Virus record (IMG/VR): IMGVR_UViG_3300035661_000046
Location: 64,001-77,928 of that record
Source of the DNA: a virus
Lineage: Duplodnaviria > Heunggongvirae > Uroviricota > Caudoviricetes
DNA: 13,928 bases
Reading direction: 5' to 3' (one strand)
Shown piece by piece: positions 13,256 through 13,928 of the stretch; positions within the stretch are counted from its first letter, which is position 1, and the number at the start of each line of letters is the position of its first letter. The notes beneath the pieces were generated by a model that saw only the letters and a program-made list of their open reading frames with translations, had not been told where the DNA came from and made no database searches. A program made the position numbers and the translations under genes.

Positions 13256-13928
13256 ATGACAGATGAATTAAAAGTTGGTGGAGACGCCTTTGAGGAAATG
13301 CTGAAGCATGTGAATGTGGACGCTCAGATAAAGTCTATTAAGGAGAACGTGCCTACAACTACGTCTGTGTCTAAGAGAGACGTCCTTATTAAAAAACTTA
13401 AGTATCTCTCCGGATTAAAGAAGGTAGACCTTAAACCTGAAGATGCATATATTCTACACAATCTTCCCGTGTTACCTCCTACTTCTAGACCAGTAATGAT
13501 TCAGTCTGGGAACCGCATTGAGTTCAGTGATGTGAATCAGTTATATAGAGATCACATGCTAGTCAATAACTCTCTAAAAGACATTAGAGATGTTCTACCT
13601 CCAGAAGAACTTATAAGTGAACGTAGAGATTTATACGCAGGAGCTAAAGCTATTTCCGGATTAGGTGAGGCTATTTCAGGCGCAAGTAGAGGTAGAAACC
13701 TTAAAGGTATTCTTCAGCAAGTTGCAGGAACGACTGGTCCTAAGACTGGTTATTTTCACAGCAAGCTTTTATCCAAGAAACAAGACTTCTCTGGGCGCGG
13801 TACTATTTACTCCGAGCCTAATCTTGGTTTTAATGAGATGGCAATGCCTAAGGATTCTCTATGGACAATGTACAAGTTTCATATAATCAGAGATTTGGTT
13901 AAGAAAGGATATCACTACGTTGATGCTG
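13256..13928 (+). CDS. rpoC: Phage RNA polymerase beta-prime subunit, main part lacking its N-terminus (partial, runs off window end)
   Basis: Manual translation from ATG 13256, open to the end: MTDELKVGGDAFEEMLK...YILHNLPVLPPTSRPV...SDVNQLYR...KTGYFHSKLLSKKQDFSGRGTI. This matches beta-prime LPVLPPDLRP / SDLNDLYR / [20 protein letters not shown]. The preceding in-frame codon is TAA. Not in the supplied track; the NADFDGD motif is not reached in this window. Confidence 0.92.
   Translation, partial: MTDELKVGGDAFEEMLKHVNVDAQIKSIKENVPTTTSVSKRDVLIKKLKYLSGLKKVDLKPEDAYILHNLPVLPPTSRPVMIQSGNRIEFSDVNQLYRDHMLVNNSLKDIRDVLPPEELISERRDLYAGAKAISGLGEAISGASRGRNLKGILQQVAGTTGPKTGYFHSKLLSKKQDFSGRGTIYSEPNLGFNEMAMPKDSLWTMYKFHIIRDLVKKGYHYVDA

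Noticed and set aside
2936-13258. TAAATG at several starts (2939, 8643, 13256), resembling poxvirus late promoters
   Set aside because: Explained by AT-rich spacers and adjacent stop/start codons. SD sequences, a portal-like gene and a bacterial-type RNAP point to a phage rather than a eukaryotic virus.
9116-13886. ORFs 9116-9319, 10202-10414, 12219-12449, 12617-12808 (all -) and 13665-13886 (+)
   Set aside because: They overlap RNAP or the HExxH gene; 13665-13886 is an alternate frame inside the beta-prime gene.
8643-13928. Host chromosomal rpoBC operon
   Set aside because: Too divergent from cellular sequences, has a non-canonical split, has no ribosomal-protein neighbours, and is flanked by phage-type genes.

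Overview
AT-rich segment that reads as part of a large tailed dsDNA phage genome encoding its own bacterial-type multisubunit RNA polymerase. The left half (1-6341) is mostly leftward: a partial DUF2591/NinX-like gene, an SNF2-like helicase, several hypothetical genes, and a cluster of seven small predicted membrane proteins, three of them paralogs ending in CxC (two lie in a ~310-bp tandem duplication). Several of these genes are preceded by a shared, apparently non-sigma70 motif (G-x-TATAAG-N4-ATRTR). One rightward virion-protein-like gene (2939-4075) interrupts this block. A short IS200/IS605-like right-end remnant lies in the divergent gap near 6400. The right half is a rightward gene run: probable portal with a Zn-ribbon-like insert, an 84-aa ORF, and an RNAP beta subunit fused to the first ~110 aa of beta-prime. 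Next come two unrelated ORFs (one with an HExxH motif, bracketed by a 22-bp direct repeat), and then the rest of beta-prime as a separate gene from 13256 to the window end. Five ORFs missing from the supplied track were found by manual translation. All family calls come from motif recognition, not database searches.
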